A DNA stretch of 64,000 nucleotides from a virus: the IMG/VR virus record IMGVR_UViG_3300027920_000641, one strand, 5' to 3'. The position numbers and the translations under genes are program-made. Positions 36,364 through 45,948 of the stretch are shown here, in pieces. Each line of letters opens with the position of its first letter. Within the stretch, counting starts at the first letter, position 1. The notes under the pieces were generated by a model that did not search any database, was not told where the DNA came from, and saw only the letters and a program-made list of their open reading frames with translations.

Positions 36364-37025
36364 GAAAGCCCACTGCTCATTGCATTGATTGCGATAAGCT
36401 AATCTGGACATCACACAACCAGCTTCGTTGCAAATCTTGCTCTTTGAAAGGATCATTAAACCCTAATTGGAATCCACATCGAATTAGAACTTGCAAACTA
36501 TGTGGGTCTAAGGTCAGTAAAAATAGTAGCGGTTTATGTCAGCCTTGTTATAGGAGAAATATCCCAACTAAATTAGAAAATCCGTTGTCAAAGGGGAGAT
36601 ATCAGCCCTGTTTAGTCTGTGATCAACCAGTCTGGGTTCCTCCTTGTTATTTTGGGATTAAAAAGTTATGTAGCTCGAAATGTAAAAGCATATACTGGTC
36701 ACAAAAAACAGGTGATAAGAATTTTAACTGGAGGGGCGGTTCCTCCTTTGGCAATTACCCATCTGGATTTAATCGAATCTTAAAAGAAATTATCAGGAAA
36801 AGGTGCGGCAGAGTATGTTTGGGGTGTGGGAAAATGGAAGAGGATGAGTTAAGATCATTAAATAAGAAATTATCAGTTCATCACGTTGATTATAATAAAG
36901 ATAATTTAAATTTAAACAACTTAATATTGTTGTGCTCTTCTTGTAACAGTAAGGCCAATGCTAACAGACCGAGTTGGACATATTATTATCAAGTAAGATA
37001 TGGATTATTACAATATGAAAATTAA
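36360..37025 (+). CDS. HNH endonuclease with multiple zinc ribbons
   Basis: CIDC..CKSC, CKLCG..CQPCY, then LSVHHVDYNKDNLNLNNLILLCSSCNSKAN as the HNH motif. Confidence 0.75.
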   Translation: MRKPTAHCIDCDKLIWTSHNQLRCKSCSLKGSLNPNWNPHRIRTCKLCGSKVSKNSSGLCQPCYRRNIPTKLENPLSKGRYQPCLVCDQPVWVPPCYFGIKKLCSSKCKSIYWSQKTGDKNFNWRGGSSFGNYPSGFNRILKEIIRKRCGRVCLGCGKMEEDELRSLNKKLSVHHVDYNKDNLNLNNLILLCSSCNSKANANRPSWTYYYQVRYGLLQYEN

Positions 37026-37449
37026 TTTAGGAAGTGGAACAGATTACAGAAAGGGATGGATTAATATTGAGGTGTCTAAAGATGTAAAGGCAGATTATTA
37101 TCTTGACGTTGCGAAAGAAGTGTTGCCGTTTGCCGATGGTTCTATCGATCATATAGAAGCTATAGACTTGTTTGAACATATTTTATATCCTATTTTCACA
37201 TTCAATGAATGTTGGAGAGTTTTAAGAAAGAATGGGACAATGTATATTGAAGTACCCTATGGAGGTACAGAGGATTACTATAAAGATCCAACTCACGTGA
37301 GACCTTTTATCCCAAAAACATTCAAATATTTTGCGGAGTGGAATACCTCTCCAGCTTATGGAATCAAAACATGGGAAATTATTAGAATCCACTCAACATT
37401 GGGCGGAGAAAATCAAAATAGAATTTATGTCACCATGAGAAAACCATGA
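37000..37449 (+). CDS. class I SAM-dependent methyltransferase (Methyltransf_11-like)
   Basis: INLGSG (motif I), LPFADGSIDHIEAIDLFEHI, VLRKNGTMYIEVP (post-II/III). Confidence 0.65.
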   Translation: MDYYNMKINLGSGTDYRKGWINIEVSKDVKADYYLDVAKEVLPFADGSIDHIEAIDLFEHILYPIFTFNECWRVLRKNGTMYIEVPYGGTEDYYKDPTHVRPFIPKTFKYFAEWNTSPAYGIKTWEIIRIHSTLGGENQNRIYVTMRKP

Positions 37450-38270
37450 CAATCTATCTTAATTGTGAAGATAACAAGATCACGCTAAATAAGAAAAACT
37501 ACCTGATGAGGGCAGCTGAGCAGATGGGTATTAACGTTTTTTTCCAGTGGACTCCTCCCTGTGAAGCTGAATTTGTTCTTAATATTGAGCCATACTCCAC
37601 TCTAAGAACTGGAACCAAATGGACTGGGGCATGGTGGATAGACACGCTCTTAGACAATGTTAGATTCAATACTGAGTTTTCTTATATAGATACAATCTTT
37701 CTCGCAGGCAATTCCCATAGGATAGAGCCCAGAGATAATCATCGGCTGCTTTTCCAAGCTGCGGATTCTGAGATTCATAGACCAGTGGCAGTAGAAAAAG
37801 ACTGTGACTTCATTTTAGCTGGGTCTATGGGTCTAGACATTTATAGGGAAAGAGAGGCCGCAATCAAAGCACTTAGAAGTGAGGGTTTTGTTTTTGTAGG
37901 AGCGGGGAAAGACTTTGCTCCCAATGAATATGTTAAACAATTGAATAGGGCAAAAGTCCAGTTTATTCGTTCAATGGATGTTGATGGCCATGGTGAAGTT
38001 GCTCAAAGATTTTTTGAATGCCTAGCTATTGGCCCAGTGCTTACTAATTGGACGGATGACTTAGTCCACACTGGCCTAGTTGAGGGAGTTGATTACTTAG
38101 CATATCGTACTATTGATGAGCTTGTGCAAAAAATGCACATGTTGGTAGATGATCATAGTTATGCTCAGAAAATTGCAGAAAATGGTAGATACAAGTCGAG
38201 GCTATATCATACATACCAACATAGGGTTCTAACCATTATGGAAGTAATAAGGGAATATTCTTTGCCATGA
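37446..38270 (+). CDS. glycosyltransferase, GT-B fold (Glycos_transf_1-like C-terminal domain)
   Basis: RFFECLAIGPVLTNWTDDLVHTGLVEGVDYLAYRTIDELVQKMHMLVDD matches the E..A.G.PV...DG GT1/GT4 signature. Confidence 0.5.
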   Translation: MTIYLNCEDNKITLNKKNYLMRAAEQMGINVFFQWTPPCEAEFVLNIEPYSTLRTGTKWTGAWWIDTLLDNVRFNTEFSYIDTIFLAGNSHRIEPRDNHRLLFQAADSEIHRPVAVEKDCDFILAGSMGLDIYREREAAIKALRSEGFVFVGAGKDFAPNEYVKQLNRAKVQFIRSMDVDGHGEVAQRFFECLAIGPVLTNWTDDLVHTGLVEGVDYLAYRTIDELVQKMHMLVDDHSYAQKIAENGRYKSRLYHTYQHRVLTIMEVIREYSLP

Positions 38271-38815
38271 TAGATAGTGACCACTCTAAAAAACAAGATC
38301 TTTTCTGGGAGCATTGGGTTGGCCCAATGAACCATTCGGTTAGAAACAAGCGTTTCTTCTGGTGTCTTGAGAAAATGAAGGAGCAAAAGATTAAAACAGT
38401 GATGGATGTTGGGTGTGGTCCAGGATGGCACACAAAGATACTTTTTGATTCTGGCTATGATGTAACTGGCAGCGATATAAGTATCGAGGCAATAAAAATA
38501 GCTAGAGAGAATTTTCCAGATTTGAAATTTCTAGAAATATCTGCTGAGGCCATCGATGGAAGATTCGATGCCATTATTTGTTTGGCAGTACTTAGCATGG
38601 TTGAAGATGACGACAGGGCTGTTCGCCAGCTGGCAAGACATGCACAACTAGGCTACTTTTCTTTACCTACCTACGCAGACCACGAGTTGCACTTGAGGAA
38701 ATATGATCTAGAAAGTGCTAAGAGGCTAATGGAGAAGTATGGAGAAATTATCAATATCGAGATTATGGGTGACCAAGTAATGGTAGAGATAAGATTCTAT
38801 GATAAAACTATTTGA
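38267..38815 (+). CDS. class I SAM-dependent methyltransferase
   Basis: VMDVGCGPGWHTKILFDSGYDVTGSDIS (motif I plus acidic loop), FDAIICLAVL. Confidence 0.8.
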   Translation: MIDSDHSKKQDLFWEHWVGPMNHSVRNKRFFWCLEKMKEQKIKTVMDVGCGPGWHTKILFDSGYDVTGSDISIEAIKIARENFPDLKFLEISAEAIDGRFDAIICLAVLSMVEDDDRAVRQLARHAQLGYFSLPTYADHELHLRKYDLESAKRLMEKYGEIINIEIMGDQVMVEIRFYDKTI

Positions 38816-39647
38816 ACTATACCAGCCACCAGAAGTAGAGATTGCGATCTCGCAAGTTTTAAAGAGTGGCAGATATGTGAAGGGTCCACTTGCTATAGAG
38901 TTCGCTCGGGTTTGGGCAGCTCGGTGTGGAATGAAATACGGAGTATCTGTTGGAAGTGGCGCCCAGGCGCTAGAACTGGCTATACGGGCAGTTTTTGGAG
39001 ATGGGAGATCAACTATTACCTATACTCCCCATACCTTTAAGGCAGTTCCTAACGCAATCAGATTAATGGGTCACATCGCTATCGGACAGCTTTATGAACC
39101 GATGTTATATGCACACCATATCCATGATCACAAACTGGACTATGTTCCATTTCTTGAGGATTGCTCTCATTGTCATGGAGTTGAGCCAGTTGCTGAGACG
39201 GCTATTTTTTCCTTATTTCCAGCAAAAATACTGGGAGCCGTTGGAGAAGCTGGGGTGATTGTAACTAACAACATAAATGTTTTCAAGTTTTGTTCCCAAC
39301 TGGCAGATCATGCTGAACCAGATGGTACAAATGCCAGAATGGATGAAATTCAGGCGGCAGCCCTACTGGCTAAGTTACCGTATTTAGATAGATGGACACA
39401 AAGAAGAAAAGAAATAGTCAAAATGTATGATGCTGGACTTGGGATGCATACCCCTGGGGAGTATCACTACATGTACTGTATCGATGGAAACCAGGGTATG
39501 GTTGATAAGTTATTGTCATTTGAAATTGAATCCAAACTAGTCTATAATGAACCATACGTAGCCCTGCCATTCTACCCAGAATTGACTAATGAACAGGTGC
39601 GAGAAATCATAAGATGCGTCACTCAATTATCGGAAACGGCTTTATAG
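38799..39647 (+). CDS. DegT/DnrJ/EryC1/ArnB-family sugar aminotransferase (short form)
   Basis: VLKSGRYVKGPLAIEFARVWAARCGMKYGVSVGSGAQALELAIRA is the DegT N-terminal signature; FSLFPAKILGAVGEAGVIVTNN is the PLP-Lys region; 282 aa versus about 370 typical. Confidence 0.6.
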   Translation: MIKLFELYQPPEVEIAISQVLKSGRYVKGPLAIEFARVWAARCGMKYGVSVGSGAQALELAIRAVFGDGRSTITYTPHTFKAVPNAIRLMGHIAIGQLYEPMLYAHHIHDHKLDYVPFLEDCSHCHGVEPVAETAIFSLFPAKILGAVGEAGVIVTNNINVFKFCSQLADHAEPDGTNARMDEIQAAALLAKLPYLDRWTQRRKEIVKMYDAGLGMHTPGEYHYMYCIDGNQGMVDKLLSFEIESKLVYNEPYVALPFYPELTNEQVREIIRCVTQLSETAL

Positions 39648-40423
39648 CCGAGAAACACGCTGAAGCGATTAAGCAGTATGGTGGAGAGCTCTACGGTAGT
39701 TATGATACTATTCCCTCCAGAGCAAAATACGGAATTCCTTTTTCTAACCCAGAAGAGCTAATTGAGAAAAGTGACGTTATTCATATTTGTGCCCCAAATG
39801 TTTTTCATATTCCCTATCTCAATATGTGTAAGGGTAAAAAGGTGATTGTTGAGAAACCTATCGGGATTAGTGTTGAGCAGACTAAGTTGATTACCAATAA
39901 TAATGCGGCCGTGTGCTACCAGAGGAGATTCAATAAACAGTGTCAAGAAATAAAAATGATGTGTGGCATAGAGAAGCCTACCCATATTTTTGCTAACATT
40001 TTCGTACAAAGAGATCCTCAATACTGGGAGTGTTGGAGGGGGGACAAAGATTATTCTGGTGGTGGAGCATTCATGAATATTGGTATTCACTATCTTGATT
40101 TAATGCAGTGGTGGACTGGAGAAGCTGGTAGGGTAGAAAAAGCCGAAATAGGGGTGTTTGACAGGGCTGTAGATGAGGGTGGTTCTGCTGAGCTGGTTTT
40201 TGGAGAGACTAAGGCAAGAATGCTCTTATCGTCACGATTCCATAAGAGGGAAATAGAGGTAATGGTAGTTTGGAAAAATAGGACTTTTATATACGATGTT
40301 GATGATGCCACTCATCTAGATGTTATGCGGGATTATCTGGGAAATGGAATTTCTTTTGTTACTCCAAGAGAAGCAATCCCCAGTCTCAAATTAGCAGAAG
40401 AGATATATAAAATAAGCGCTTAG
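39614..40423 (+). CDS. Gfo/Idh/MocA-family NAD-dependent sugar oxidoreductase (WbpB-like)
   Basis: IIGNGFIAEKHAEAI Rossmann motif, VIHICAPNVFH, EKPIGISVEQ, the classic family motifs. Confidence 0.75.
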   Translation: MRHSIIGNGFIAEKHAEAIKQYGGELYGSYDTIPSRAKYGIPFSNPEELIEKSDVIHICAPNVFHIPYLNMCKGKKVIVEKPIGISVEQTKLITNNNAAVCYQRRFNKQCQEIKMMCGIEKPTHIFANIFVQRDPQYWECWRGDKDYSGGGAFMNIGIHYLDLMQWWTGEAGRVEKAEIGVFDRAVDEGGSAELVFGETKARMLLSSRFHKREIEVMVVWKNRTFIYDVDDATHLDVMRDYLGNGISFVTPREAIPSLKLAEEIYKISA

Positions 40424-40425
40424 TA

Positions 40426-41169
40426 ATGAAAATAAGTGTAGTAACACCAAGTATAAGAAAGGAAGGACTTTATGTCGTCAAAGAAGCTCTCAAAAGGCAA
40501 ACAAACCAGGACTTCGAATGGCTCATTGGGAGCTCGTTCGATCCAAAAATACCAGATGGGATCTGGGTTAGAGACGATTTTCTGGGTGGGTATTGGTCTC
40601 TTAACCGTATTTACAATCGGCTTTTTAGCAGGGTATCAGGTGAAATTGTGGTTTCCTGGCAAGATTGGATATACGCCGATAGAGAAGCCCTTGATAAATT
40701 CTTGTTCAATGTCTCCAGAGTATCAGCAGTGGTATCAGGAGTCGGTGATCAATATGAAAGAGTCGGACAGTTCGGCAAACCTGAAATAAAAATATGGTCT
40801 GATCCAAGAAAGACCGACAAATATGGCAGTTTCTATGAATGCAATCCGAGTGATGCCGAGTGGAATTTCTGTGCTTTCCCCACTTCATTTATCTATGATG
40901 TGGGGGGTTTTTGTGAAAAGTTAGATTGGACTGGGTTTGGAATGGATGGATATCAGGTTAATGAGAGATGGGATCTTTTGGGTTATAAATTTTATCTTGA
41001 CCAAGCTAATGAGTCTTATACTATTAGGCATGATAGAAGTGCCCATGGAGGAAAGGAAAACTGGAATCAAAATAATAATCTTTCAAATGGTCAATATGAA
41101 AAGGTTCGTCAGGAGTTTATTAATAAGGGAGAATGGCCAAGAATGAAATATTTAGGCATTAATAAATAG
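40426..41169 (+). CDS. family-2-like glycosyltransferase
   Basis: MKISVVTPSIRKEG N-terminus of GT-A type; 247 aa. Confidence 0.5.
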   Translation: MKISVVTPSIRKEGLYVVKEALKRQTNQDFEWLIGSSFDPKIPDGIWVRDDFLGGYWSLNRIYNRLFSRVSGEIVVSWQDWIYADREALDKFLFNVSRVSAVVSGVGDQYERVGQFGKPEIKIWSDPRKTDKYGSFYECNPSDAEWNFCAFPTSFIYDVGGFCEKLDWTGFGMDGYQVNERWDLLGYKFYLDQANESYTIRHDRSAHGGKENWNQNNNLSNGQYEKVRQEFINKGEWPRMKYLGINK

Positions 41170-41174
41170 TTGCT

Positions 41175-41909
41175 ATGTCATACAAAAATAAAGCAGATGC
41201 CTTGTTATATTATAAAAAATGGTATCAAAAAGTAAAACATCGTTATTCCAAGTTGTGTATTCATTGTCAAAATAGTTTTCAAACAAGATATAAACAACAA
41301 TCATGCTGTTCACTGGCCTGTGCTGGAGCACATAGAAAAAATACAGTTATTTGTTTACAATGTGGTAGAGCTTTTTATGCACCTCCTTCAAAGAAAAGAA
41401 GATTCTGTTCACAAAAGTGTTTTATGTCGTCTCCAGCTCAAAAAGAGGTAATGAGAATACGCATGCAACAGCGATGGGCAGATGGGGAATTTAAAGATTT
41501 TAAGTGGCCTGGACCCTCCGCCGAATACAGAGAGTGTTGTAGAGCGAGATTCAGAAAACTAACGGGAAATAGAAATCATATGTGGAAGGGCGGTATCTCA
41601 AAGGTAAAAAATCAAGTCAGAAAAATGCCAGAATATAAAAAGTGGAGAAATAGTATTTTTGAACGTGACAACTACACATGTTTACTATGTGGTGGGAGAA
41701 GCAAAAAGGGTTGTCATCAGGATATAAATGCAGATCATCACCCAATTGCTTTTGCTAAAATTATTGCAGAAAACAATATCGAGAATATACGGAATGCTTC
41801 TGTTTGTACGTTATTATGGGATATTAACAATGGGAGAACTCTTTGTCTCAATTGTCATAAAGATGTGACTTTTAAAAACCTGGCCAGTCTTGGACTTTCT
41901 AAAACGTAG
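41175..41909 (+). CDS. HNH endonuclease with multiple zinc ribbons
   Basis: CIHC..CCSLAC, CLQCG..FCSQKC, CLLCGG...HHPIAFAKII...LCLNCHKD. Confidence 0.75.
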   Translation: MSYKNKADALLYYKKWYQKVKHRYSKLCIHCQNSFQTRYKQQSCCSLACAGAHRKNTVICLQCGRAFYAPPSKKRRFCSQKCFMSSPAQKEVMRIRMQQRWADGEFKDFKWPGPSAEYRECCRARFRKLTGNRNHMWKGGISKVKNQVRKMPEYKKWRNSIFERDNYTCLLCGGRSKKGCHQDINADHHPIAFAKIIAENNIENIRNASVCTLLWDINNGRTLCLNCHKDVTFKNLASLGLSKT

Positions 41910-41924
41910 TTAGTGTGATATGAC

Positions 41925-42404
41925 ATGTGTATGACAGAAAAAGTGGTAGCGCCAGTCTCTGCACCAGTAGTTGCACCAGTTGCTGCACAATCTCCCACTG
42001 TTCAAATTACTGTTCAGAATCCAACCCAGACAGCTCCAGTAGAAACTCCTAAAGAAGTTCCACCGTTATCTGGACCAGATACGGATACTATTATTCCTAA
42101 AGAACCATACTACATGGACCCTATGTTTTATGAGGTGGCTAATTACTTTGGAATTAAGCAAGAAGAATATTCTGCCGCGAAACTTAAATTGTCAGATATA
42201 GTTGACTACATTATCCAGGAAAAGAAATCTAATAAAACTGAAGACATTATCATTGGCCTTAGAGAGCTAGAAGACTCAGTGCAACCCCCAGCTTGGGGAG
42301 AACGCAGGTATACCAACGTACATCGCTATGTTCGTTTAGCGAGTAAAAAGAATGCTATTGAGCAGGCTATGGGCGCGTTTAAAAAAGGAGGTTTCAGTGG
42401 GTAA
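41925..42404 (+). CDS. hypothetical protein with Pro/Val/Ala-rich N-terminus
   Basis: ORF track 159 aa. Confidence 0.5.
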   Translation: MCMTEKVVAPVSAPVVAPVAAQSPTVQITVQNPTQTAPVETPKEVPPLSGPDTDTIIPKEPYYMDPMFYEVANYFGIKQEEYSAAKLKLSDIVDYIIQEKKSNKTEDIIIGLRELEDSVQPPAWGERRYTNVHRYVRLASKKNAIEQAMGAFKKGGFSG

Positions 42405-42768
42405 TCTATCTGGCAGAATGCCAACCCAAGCATTGGACAAGGAACAATCGGACAGGGTAGAACGCCGAAGAAGAGTGGCCACATACGTTGACGGGAATGT
42501 AATTGCGTATGAGTCTGTGAATTTCACTGTCTCAGAAGACCAGTCTGTTTTGAATGTTATTACGGACTTGGGGCGTAAATGCCACACTGGTTATTTCATC
42601 AATGATGGACCAGGAGATATCAAGGTTGAGTTCAGCATCGATGGGACAAACTATGGTGGTCTTCACGTATTGCGTGGCGGAGATGCCATTTCCTTAGATG
42701 ATCTGAATATTAGTAAAATACGGCTAACTTACGTAGATGACTGTGAGTTTCGCTGTCTAGTGGGGTAA
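42397..42768 (+). CDS. hypothetical protein
   Basis: GTG start 5 nt after AAGGAGG; track ORF 42352..42768 trimmed. Confidence 0.45.
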   Translation: MGNLSGRMPTQALDKEQSDRVERRRRVATYVDGNVIAYESVNFTVSEDQSVLNVITDLGRKCHTGYFINDGPGDIKVEFSIDGTNYGGLHVLRGGDAISLDDLNISKIRLTYVDDCEFRCLVG

Positions 42769-42769
42769 T

Positions 42770-43006
42770 ATGAGCACAATTATACCGAGAAGAAGTTCTG
42801 GGGAAGTAACTACTTTAATTGATGACGCGGGCGGTGACACGACCTATTTTGGGCGAGCTAAACTCGGGACTGCCACCAATGTCTCAAAATGGCAAATACT
42901 GCGCATATCAGTGGACGGAACAGTAGTTATGTTCCAGTACGCAAATGGTAGTCGAAGATACAACCAAAAGTGGGATGATAGGGCAGATTTAACATATTCT
43001 AATTAG
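42770..43006 (+). CDS. hypothetical protein
   Basis: ORF track 78 aa. Confidence 0.45.
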   Translation: MSTIIPRRSSGEVTTLIDDAGGDTTYFGRAKLGTATNVSKWQILRISVDGTVVMFQYANGSRRYNQKWDDRADLTYSN

Positions 43007-43027
43007 TAATTTTTCGGAATAACCAGA

Positions 43028-43885
43028 GTGGCATTGTTAACAATCATAATTCCATCGAAAACTGAGCGTTTTTTAGAAAAGACGATTCGTGATGTTCTGC
43101 TCAACGCAACTGGTGATATTGAGATTTTACCTATTCTAGATGGTTACAGTGTCCCAAAAGAGGAGTTTGTTGATGACGCTCGAGTCAGGTATCTTTCGAT
43201 GCCTCCATCAAAACATACTCAAAAACGACAGGGTATTAATCTTGGAGTTGCAGAGGCAACTGGTGAGTATGTGATGTCTCTTGATGCGCACTGTTTGGTG
43301 GCCAGAGGTTTTGATGAACAATTAATTAAGGACCACCAACCAAACTGGGTGCAAATCCCTCGTAGACACAGGCTTGACGCAGAAAAATGGGACTTACAAC
43401 CACAGGGGGATAAAAGACCGCCTATTGATTATGAATATATTATGTTTCGTCCACTAATTTCAAAAGATCAAATGGGTTTGCACGGTTTCAAGTGGGAATC
43501 AAAGACCATTGAAAAAATGGATATACCCATCGATGACACAATCACTTTCCAGGGTTCCTGCTGGTTCATGACTAAAGACTGGTTTAATAAAATGGGTTTC
43601 ATGGATCTTGCCTACACGGGTTGGGGTCAAGAGGCAGAGGAAATCAGTTTTACTACCTGGAAGAATGGCGGTAGAGTAGTGACTAACAAGAATACTTACT
43701 ACGCTCACCTTCACAAGGGGGCTAAGTATGGGCGCATGTACTGGATGAGTCGAGATGAAAATCGTAAGAGCTATGCATATTCTTCCGATTTCTGGTTGAA
43801 TAAAAACAGGGACTTTTTTATTAGTTTAGTAGAAAAATTTATGCCCATGCCAGGGTGGCCAAAGGATTGGAGAAAGTTATTATGA
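43028..43885 (+). CDS. family-2 glycosyltransferase (DAH-motif type)
   Basis: LLTIIIPSKTERFL, ILPILDG, MSLDAHC, QGSCWFMTKDWF; paralogous to the N-terminal domain of 45930..47534. Confidence 0.65.
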   Translation: MALLTIIIPSKTERFLEKTIRDVLLNATGDIEILPILDGYSVPKEEFVDDARVRYLSMPPSKHTQKRQGINLGVAEATGEYVMSLDAHCLVARGFDEQLIKDHQPNWVQIPRRHRLDAEKWDLQPQGDKRPPIDYEYIMFRPLISKDQMGLHGFKWESKTIEKMDIPIDDTITFQGSCWFMTKDWFNKMGFMDLAYTGWGQEAEEISFTTWKNGGRVVTNKNTYYAHLHKGAKYGRMYWMSRDENRKSYAYSSDFWLNKNRDFFISLVEKFMPMPGWPKDWRKLL

Positions 43886-44490
43886 ATGCACTAGATTATT
43901 TTGTTGACAAATATAAAATAGATTTGAGTCAGCCTTCTCCTATTTTTGTTCCAATCGGTAGGTTCAAGGATATCCCAAAACTTTTTGCAGAGCTTGGATA
44001 TACTGAAGGCGCCGAGATTGGGGTATATCGAGGTAGTTATAGTGAAACTCTACTTAAAAGAATCCCTAATTTGCACCTTATTGGAGTCGATTTGTGGGAG
44101 ACTTATCGGGGTTATAAAGATTTCTCTTCAACAGATATAGTTGATGCCGAATCAGAAGCCAGAGAACGTACCAAAAAATACAATTGTCAGATGGTTAAGG
44201 GGTGGAGTGACGAAGTTGCAAAAACAATTCCCGACGAAAGTTTGGACTTTGTTTTTATTGATGGCAATCATAACTACGAATGGTGTGTATGGGATCTTGC
44301 TAACTGGTCGAGAAAAGTTAAAAAAGGCGGTATTATTTATGGGCATGATTACGATGACTATTCTAGGTCGAAACGGTGGGCAGAGATGCAAGTTATTCCA
44401 GCGGTAAACGGATGGATGGAGGCGAAAAAAATTAGTCCCTGGTTTGTAATTACAAACAATAAGAATCGTTGCTGGATGTATGTTAAATAG
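43855..44490 (+). CDS. class I SAM-dependent O-methyltransferase (Methyltransf_24/TylF-like)
   Basis: GAEIGVYRGSYS, LIGVDLWE, DFVFIDGNHNYEWCVWDL, GGIIYGHDY. Confidence 0.65.
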   Translation: MAKGLEKVIMNALDYFVDKYKIDLSQPSPIFVPIGRFKDIPKLFAELGYTEGAEIGVYRGSYSETLLKRIPNLHLIGVDLWETYRGYKDFSSTDIVDAESEARERTKKYNCQMVKGWSDEVAKTIPDESLDFVFIDGNHNYEWCVWDLANWSRKVKKGGIIYGHDYDDYSRSKRWAEMQVIPAVNGWMEAKKISPWFVITNNKNRCWMYVK

Positions 44491-45166
44491 GGTTTCAATC
44501 ATTATCCCAGTTTATCAAAGTCACGAAATCGTAAGAAGGCAGTTGCTTTATTTGGATCGACTAAGTCTTCCGATCGAAGTAATTATAGTTGATGACAATT
44601 CAACTCCGCCTATTGACGGGGCAACATTACGGATGAACAACGATTTAGCATGGACACAGGGACTTGCCCGTAATGCTGGAGCAGAGTATGCATCTGGGAA
44701 TTATTTGTTTATGACAGATATAGACCATATTCTTTCGAAAGAAGCCATTGAGGATGCCCTAGTTTTCACGGGAAATAAAATGATATTTAGAAGACAAATA
44801 GCCATACTCGATGAAAACGGAGAAATTAGACAAGACAGTACCACCCTGGAGGATTGGGGTTACGAGAATAAAAACCTAGGCGCCTCTGTTCATGGAAATA
44901 CGTTTGTAATTAAGAAGACGGTTTTTGATGAACTTGGTGGCTATGACGAGCATGCTTGTACTAGAGGGTATCACCCTGTTTCTAGGAGTGGCGATGATTG
45001 TTTTTTTAACTCTAAATGGAATAAGAAATATAGGGGGGAAGCTCCAGCCGTTGGAAGAGATATTTATATGTTTCCCATCGGTCGATTTCATAAAAATGGC
45101 GATCTAAATCCGAAGGGCCTATTCCATAATTTAAGTCAAAGCAAGCAAGAAAGGATGTACAAATGA
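44480..45166 (+). CDS. family-2 glycosyltransferase
   Basis: VSIIIPVYQS, EVIIVDDNS, GLARNAGAEYASGNYLFMTDIDHIL (DxD). Confidence 0.8.
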   Translation: MLNRVSIIIPVYQSHEIVRRQLLYLDRLSLPIEVIIVDDNSTPPIDGATLRMNNDLAWTQGLARNAGAEYASGNYLFMTDIDHILSKEAIEDALVFTGNKMIFRRQIAILDENGEIRQDSTTLEDWGYENKNLGASVHGNTFVIKKTVFDELGGYDEHACTRGYHPVSRSGDDCFFNSKWNKKYRGEAPAVGRDIYMFPIGRFHKNGDLNPKGLFHNLSQSKQERMYK

Positions 45167-45948
45167 ACAAAGCGATAATTGGCTATGGCTGGGTTGGAAA
45201 GGCGATGAGCGTCCTTTTCCCAGATGCTTTTATTTATGACCCATATTATTTTGACGATTCTGGTTCTGTTTTTTTGAGTGATCAAAATGTCGTTAATGAA
45301 TGTGATGTTGCTTTTATATGTGTTCCGACTCCAAGTATTGACGGAGGGAAACTGGATGTCTCTATTGTGGAAGAAATTGTTGGCTGGTGCAAATGCCCAC
45401 TGATTGTTATCCGCTCTACTGTCAACCCAGGAACCTGTGATTATCTTGCAAAAAAGTATAATAAGCGCTTAGTGATGCAACCAGAGTATTTAGGAGAAAC
45501 CATTAACCACCCGATGACCGACCAAAAAACTCGTCCATTTCTAATCATCGGTGGTGAACCCGATGACCGAAGAATGCTGATTGATCTTTACACATCAGCT
45601 TATAACGCTAACATCAACATCCGACAAGTAACTGCTTATGAAGCAGAAGTTATCAAACTCTCTGAGAACAGAGCTATAGCCTTCAAAATTGCTGAGTGTC
45701 AGGAGTTATATGATGTCTGTATGGCCTCAGGCGTTGATTACTATGTTATAAGAGAGGCGGTTTATTCTGACGACCCGCGCTTTAACCTATGGTGGACATT
45801 CATTTATCCAGAAAGAAGGGGGTTCAATTCCAAGTGTTTGCCAAAGGATGTATACGCTTGGGCAGCTTGGGCAGAATCAGTCGGTTATAAACCAGCGGTA
45901 ACAAGAGCATTGCTTGAAAGGAACAAACAATGGACCTCTCAATTTTAA
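45163..45948 (+). CDS. UDP-glucose/GDP-mannose dehydrogenase-family protein (short, WbpA-like)
   Basis: IIGYGWVGKA NAD motif, CDVAFICVPTPS, catalytic-Cys motif FNSKCLPKDV; 261 aa, so the C-terminal UDP-binding domain is absent. Confidence 0.6.
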   Translation: MNKAIIGYGWVGKAMSVLFPDAFIYDPYYFDDSGSVFLSDQNVVNECDVAFICVPTPSIDGGKLDVSIVEEIVGWCKCPLIVIRSTVNPGTCDYLAKKYNKRLVMQPEYLGETINHPMTDQKTRPFLIIGGEPDDRRMLIDLYTSAYNANINIRQVTAYEAEVIKLSENRAIAFKIAECQELYDVCMASGVDYYVIREAVYSDDPRFNLWWTFIYPERRGFNSKCLPKDVYAWAAWAESVGYKPAVTRALLERNKQWTSQF

